DNA of 63,981 nt, filler included, from Sanchytrium tribonematis (Eukaryota): the NCBI GenBank assembly GCA_018985235.1. It is 6 parts of 6 records of this genome, joined end to end, with 100 filler letters (N's around TTAATTAATTAA, not from the genome) between each part and the next. Parts side by side here need not be neighbours in the genome. Positions count along the whole stretch, not along the records: positions 55,531 to 63,981 come from JADGIG010000377.1; 5 more parts are not named here. One strand, given 5' to 3'. Position numbers and translations under genes: made by a program. Numbering within the stretch: position 1 is the first letter of the stretch; each line of letters starts with the position of its first letter. The notes beneath the pieces are model-generated. The model saw only the letters and a program-made list of their open reading frames with translations, did no database searches and was not told the origin of the DNA. Positions 59,640 to 63,981 of the stretch are shown here, piece by piece.

Positions 59640-62538
59640 TTACTTTGTTTTAGGTTCTAGAATTATAGAACGTTTATACATTTGCTCAATGTCACCGGAG
59701 TATTTTAAATTGTCTAATGAAAAAAATATAAGTTCAGTAATTTCAGGTTGAGGCTTAAAATCGTATCGGTGTTGAAAACGTTGCAATTCTTGAATTATAG
59801 AAGAGATCCTAAAATATTTTGTATAGTTTATAATAGTTTTCTCTTTATCTTTGAAATCTGGATTCCCATCTTTTGAAAATGTAAGGTCAGTCAAAAATAA
59901 TCCCAGGAAGGGAAGAAATGGCGGAATTGCATTTTTCATTTCTTTTCTATATTCTCCAAAATTCTTTTTATGATCTGTGACCTCTTCTAGTACTTCAAAT
60001 GATTGCAGGTGCTTATTTTGAATAATATTCCAAGTCTTTCTAAGTCTATGGATTGTCGAGGAATTGAGAGCTGATAAAATAGACATTAGGCCGTTATAAT
60101 TTTTAAACTCTTGCAATTTTGCCGCGCACTTTATCCAAAACTTTAAAATTGTTGCTCTCTTTTTGACATCTTCTTCTTCAAGTATAGTTTCGGCAACTAG
60201 AGAGGCAAGCTATATTAATATACATTACGTTTGTACTAAATTTTGTCATCGCAGATACTTTCTCATTTTTGTCTTTGGAAAATACATAAGAAATCAAATC
60301 CTCTGGTTTCAATCTCGAAAACATATCAATTTCAATCAATGTGATTTGCTTAGCAACATCGGTGTAGTCTGTTTGTGCAATATTCCCGTACTTGGAAATT
60401 TTGCTTGACTTGTGGCTCTTTGTTGTGGAAGAAGAAGGAACGGATAATTTAATTTGTAAATCGCGTTCTTTTTGCTTCTTTATTACATCAATAATGCGAA
60501 TTGCCATACTAGGCATAGCTGGACGAATAATAAGATTTGAAAAGCTTTCAATTTGGGAGAAATATAACTCGTCTTCTACATAAAAGTATCCTTCCATCCA
60601 GGTTTTTAAAATATTGAAGACTCTGAGTCTAACAGGAATAAGTTTTTTATCAGTCCAAAGTTTGATTTCATCCACTTGTAAATCCGTCGGTTCGCTTAAA
60701 TTGAACCTTTGCTCTAATAACTTTAAAAATATGGTTTGACTTGTAAATAGTCTAAAAGTTTGTAAAAAGGATGTTATATATAACGGGTCAATGGTCATGT
60801 CATGTAGAGTCAATCTTTCGATCAAAGCTTCCAAAGTTCCACCGCTAACTTGTCCATCTAAATTTAAGATTAAATCTTTTGATGAATAATCATAAGTCAG
60901 ATATGCTAGATTTCTGCGAATACTATTTCTGCTTCTTGAAATATTTTTGTTTAATAACCGGGCTGAGTTTTCTGAGGCCCTCAAAGCTAGATTCTCGTGA
61001 TCTTTGTTATATTCGACTCTCGAAGCACTTGAGCGAGTTTTTAAAGATTGATCCGCATTATCGGCTATGTCATTTAAATCTTGAGAAACAGACTTAACTA
61101 AAGGATTTGGAGACTCGGATTCATCTGTTTTAGCAATCACGGGCACATATGTCAAGCTCATAGCTCGTCTCTGCAATACAAGCAAGTCGGAATCTCTTTT
61201 AGGATCGGATATAATTTGGATTTCTTGCTCAAGAATTTGCTGTTCGTAATCTTCTTTCTTATCGATCAAAATCTTGGTAGATGTGACCAAATTTTCACTT
61301 GCTCTCATTAAATTAGAGCTGCATTTTTGCAATAATTGTTGGGAATTTGCCGGGGCGAAAGAGTCTAAAAGGGTACTAGTATTACTGACAAGGTCGTTAA
61401 CTTTTTCGTATAGCACCTCTCGTTTTTCCTTAAAATCATCTACCAGTGCGGTCATTTCCTTATTTCTTATATTGCCAAGTTTTAACTCGTCAATCAAGCT
61501 AAATATCTGTCCCACTTCAAAAACAATATCTTTTGAGATAGAAATGATTTTTTCTTTGTTAGTCTGATCTTGAAACAAAATTGAAATCATTTCAGTCGCT
61601 GTAGTCAAAACATTATTAGAAAAAGAATCCAGCCTTTTTACAAAATCAAAATCACTCATTGGAATCTTATTACTTTCATCGTCTTCAGGCTCCTCTTCTG
61701 CAAAACCTTCCAAGGTGAGTTTATTTTCTTGTGCAGCAGAAACAAAATGTCTCACCGACAGCAAAACCTGTCCGGCTTGATATCTCATCTTTGTAGTAGA
61801 CTTCGGCTGTGGGTATATCCCAGAAGCTACTTTTGCAGCCAAAACTAGTTTAGCTGTTGCACTAAGTAGCTGTGAATGTGTAGTTCTAAGACTTGAGTGC
61901 TGTTTTAACATCAATGAATTTTTTGATAAACAATTAGAGGCGATCAGCATTTCTCTGATTCCCTTGATCACATCTGTTGTGGAGACTAAGAATTTAGATT
62001 TTTCTTCCGTTTTTGCTGCAGAATTCAAGTCTGATATACCTTTGAATATTCTATTAATCAATATATCCCAGGTTGGTTGGATTTTTCCTATTTTTAGGTT
62101 TTCATCGATTTTCTCATCTACGGTGTTTAGGTTTCGTAATTCCTCAAAATCGGTAGAAGAAGCTTTCAGAAGTAACATAGACTGGCGTGGATTCTTTGGA
62201 ATTTCTTCTTTTGAATTAACAGTTTGGTATGTGGATAAATTAAAATAATAACTATTACCATCCTTGGCTATTTTTTGTTTCCACCCAGCGGGTATGTCAT
62301 GAGAAGCTGGCGAGGTTGGCGGTGTATGCTCAATTGCTTTCGTAAAATTGCTAGGAAACCACCCTCTTTTACCTTTGTTAGGGCCGCTGCTTATAACTCC
62401 ATCGTGCCAACCACTCTCATCCTTATTAATTACGTAAATGATATCACCAGCTTCCAAAGATATACAAGTCTCATCCTCGGCTTCATAATCGTAAAGGGCT
62501 TTTACAATATCTACCTCATGATCTTTTTCATTTGACAT
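59640..62538 (-). CDS. CDC25-like Ras GEF with SH3, WW, REM and RasGEF domains; 2 exons, 959 aa
   Basis: ALYDY..GWFPSNF; PAGW..YYFN; GGTLEALIERLT; RLRKTW, PFLGLFLTDL; intron 60210-60228. Confidence 0.93.
60210..60228 (-). other. 19-nt spliceosomal intron
   Basis: gtaatgtatattaatatag; splicing gives KFSTN-LASLVAETIL. Confidence 0.92.
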
Positions 62539-62598
62539 TTCGGGCCAAAAATTTGTTTCAATTTTAGGATAACTAACTCCTAAGGTAAAGAATTGAAT

Positions 62599-63000
62599 TT
62601 ATTGTAATAACAGCAGCAAAGTTGTTACTGCTGTTGCTCCAAGTACAGCATAACCAGTCTTGTAGACTCCATCAAGATTTAAAAACATGATTCCATCCCA
62701 TAGCATATGACGAATTCCATTAAACGTATGATATGAAAAACTACCAGCCAAACCCAATTTAATAGGGTAGTAAATCAGTGCAGGAGTAGCAACTGCTAGT
62801 TCTTGAAAATATTGACTTACAGGAATACCTTTAACATTTGCATATGATCCAAGTAAAATACCTCCATACAATGCTACTGTAGCTCCTATTCCGGTGATTC
62901 TATGAGTTATAGACATTGCAGAGGTCAACTGAACCTGGTACATATTAATTGGAGAAATTGGTCTTTGCTTAGCAAAATGAGTAATGGAACGGAAAATCAT
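62599..63000 (-). CDS. SDH3: Succinate dehydrogenase cytochrome b560 subunit
   Basis: RPISP..YQVQLT..MSITHRITG; YHTFNGIRHMLWD; ATG at 63000. Confidence 0.93.
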   Translation of the reverse strand: MIFRSITHFAKQRPISPINMYQVQLTSAMSITHRITGIGATVALYGGILLGSYANVKGIPVSQYFQELAVATPALIYYPIKLGLAGSFSYHTFNGIRHMLWDGIMFLNLDGVYKTGYAVLGATAVTTLLLLLQ

Positions 63001-63058
63001 TGTTTTGAAAAAATTGGAAAAATTTATTGAGATCCAACATTCAGATACACATTTGGCG

Positions 63059-63289
63059 TTAGTAATTGTCATCACCATTCTTTTCCTCCCTATCCTCAAA
63101 CTTATGTTTGCCCATCTCATTACTTTTTAAATGTTCTTGAAATTTCTTCAGTGCTGCTAAAGTTGCATTTTCATCTTTTATTCTACCTTTTTTATATTTC
63201 CCAACAAATCCATCATTATTTTTTTTGCGCTCAGTAGGATTGTCCAATTCTTTAAGTTTTCTTTTCAGCCTATTTACCTCTTCATTCAT
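63059..63289 (-). CDS. 76-aa protein resembling the C-terminal region of spliceosomal CWC27 (no cyclophilin domain)
   Basis: EEVNRLKRKL..KYKKG..ENATLAALKKF..L..KHKFED vs recalled human EARQLKREL..KY..KKG..EDQTLALLNQFKSKL..HVLQFED. Confidence 0.55.
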   Translation of the reverse strand: MNEEVNRLKRKLKELDNPTERKKNNDGFVGKYKKGRIKDENATLAALKKFQEHLKSNEMGKHKFEDREEKNGDDNY

Positions 63290-63313
63290 TTTTAAAAAAT
63301 TTCAAGTGATACA

Positions 63314-63981
63314 ATGGAGAATTGCTTGATTTCCTTTCTACAATCAAAAGAATTGAAATCGTTCCAGTTGGACGTATTCATTAAAAGGTATCCGCCTCAA
63401 GCAAGAGATCTGATTCGAGAATTAAAAATATATCGAAAAGTAAATCAGAAGCAATATCAAATATCTGACGAAACCTTGGACAAATGGTTGAAAAGATATC
63501 AAGAAATGGTTGTTCTTTTGATATTTTATGTGAAGCAATATGTTATCTACAATGAAAAAATTTTGAGAGATTATTTTCGCACCAATATGGAGAGTCAATT
63601 TGTTAGCGCTTCCAAAAAAGATATTATTTGTAATTATATTATCTATCACAACGAAGATGAATCTATATTGAACTCGAAGTACTTAGAATTGAAAGATATA
63701 AAAGGCCTTCTACTTCACGGGAAAAATCCGAGTCAAAGTTATTCATGGACAAGCCTTGATTTTAATCTCTCCAGTGATAATCTGGTCCAAAATCTTTCAT
63801 TCATTAAGCTGAATCATACCAAAATTGATAAAACAGTTTTGTCTAAGTTTCTAGTGGACTCTTTACTGTCAAGTTCAAGCACTGATTTATTTTTGCTAAA
63901 AAAACTACTTCCTCAAATTTTGAATCAGCCATTATGGCACGAGCTTGTCACATATTTGAAAAAACATTCGATCTCAAACGT
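63314..63981 (+). CDS. Hypothetical protein, 3' end outside the window
   Basis: ATG at 63314 (MENCLISFLQSKEL...), over 220 codons open to the window end. Confidence 0.7.
   Translation, partial: MENCLISFLQSKELKSFQLDVFIKRYPPQARDLIRELKIYRKVNQKQYQISDETLDKWLKRYQEMVVLLIFYVKQYVIYNEKILRDYFRTNMESQFVSASKKDIICNYIIYHNEDESILNSKYLELKDIKGLLLHGKNPSQSYSWTSLDFNLSSDNLVQNLSFIKLNHTKIDKTVLSKFLVDSLLSSSSTDLFLLKKLLPQILNQPLWHELVTYLKKHSISN

Noticed and set aside
13103..62538. Split ORFs as pseudogenes, programmed frameshifts or an alternative genetic code
   Set aside because: Each break is explained by a 19-20 nt GTA...AG segment with a shared consensus; the standard code otherwise gives intact conserved proteins.
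63001..63120. Long N-terminal extension of SDH3 in the ORF track
   Set aside because: Overlaps the CWC27-like ORF in another frame; ATG 63000 gives a plausible short mitochondrial presequence.

Overview
This is AT-rich eukaryotic nuclear DNA, not a prokaryotic locus. It comprises six unrelated contigs, joined by five artificial 100-nt N/TTAATTAATTAA/N spacers; the four complete contigs are about 11 kb each, in decreasing length order. Gene content (division-2 chitin synthase, CBM18 protein, SEY1, ADP1-like ABC transporter, group-III-like G-alpha subunits, CDC25-like RasGEF) points to a very compact, early-diverging fungus or fungal relative; a sanchytrid-like lineage is only a guess. Contig 1 (1-11042) holds decayed transposons: Ty3/Gypsy, non-LTR RT and two piggyBac remnants. 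Contigs 2-6 are very gene-dense. Main result: every split ORF in contigs 2-6 that I could resolve is repaired by one tiny GT-AG intron. Of 15 introns, 14 are exactly 19 nt and one is 20 nt. All begin GTA and all have T at -8, A at -6 and a pyrimidine at -5 from the 3' end, consistent with a fixed-geometry branch point. I found no more than one per gene, mostly in the 3' half. A stand-alone 76-aa ORF resembles only the C-terminal CWC22-binding part of splicing factor CWC27, which would fit a miniaturised spliceosome. Other points: a GT2 synthase with a Cys-rich ectodomain, three catalytically degenerate CE4-like genes, a degenerate GH47, a Crinkler-like NTPase+REase, and very short intergenic spacers and signal peptides. 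All family calls come from motif recognition by eye; no searches were run.
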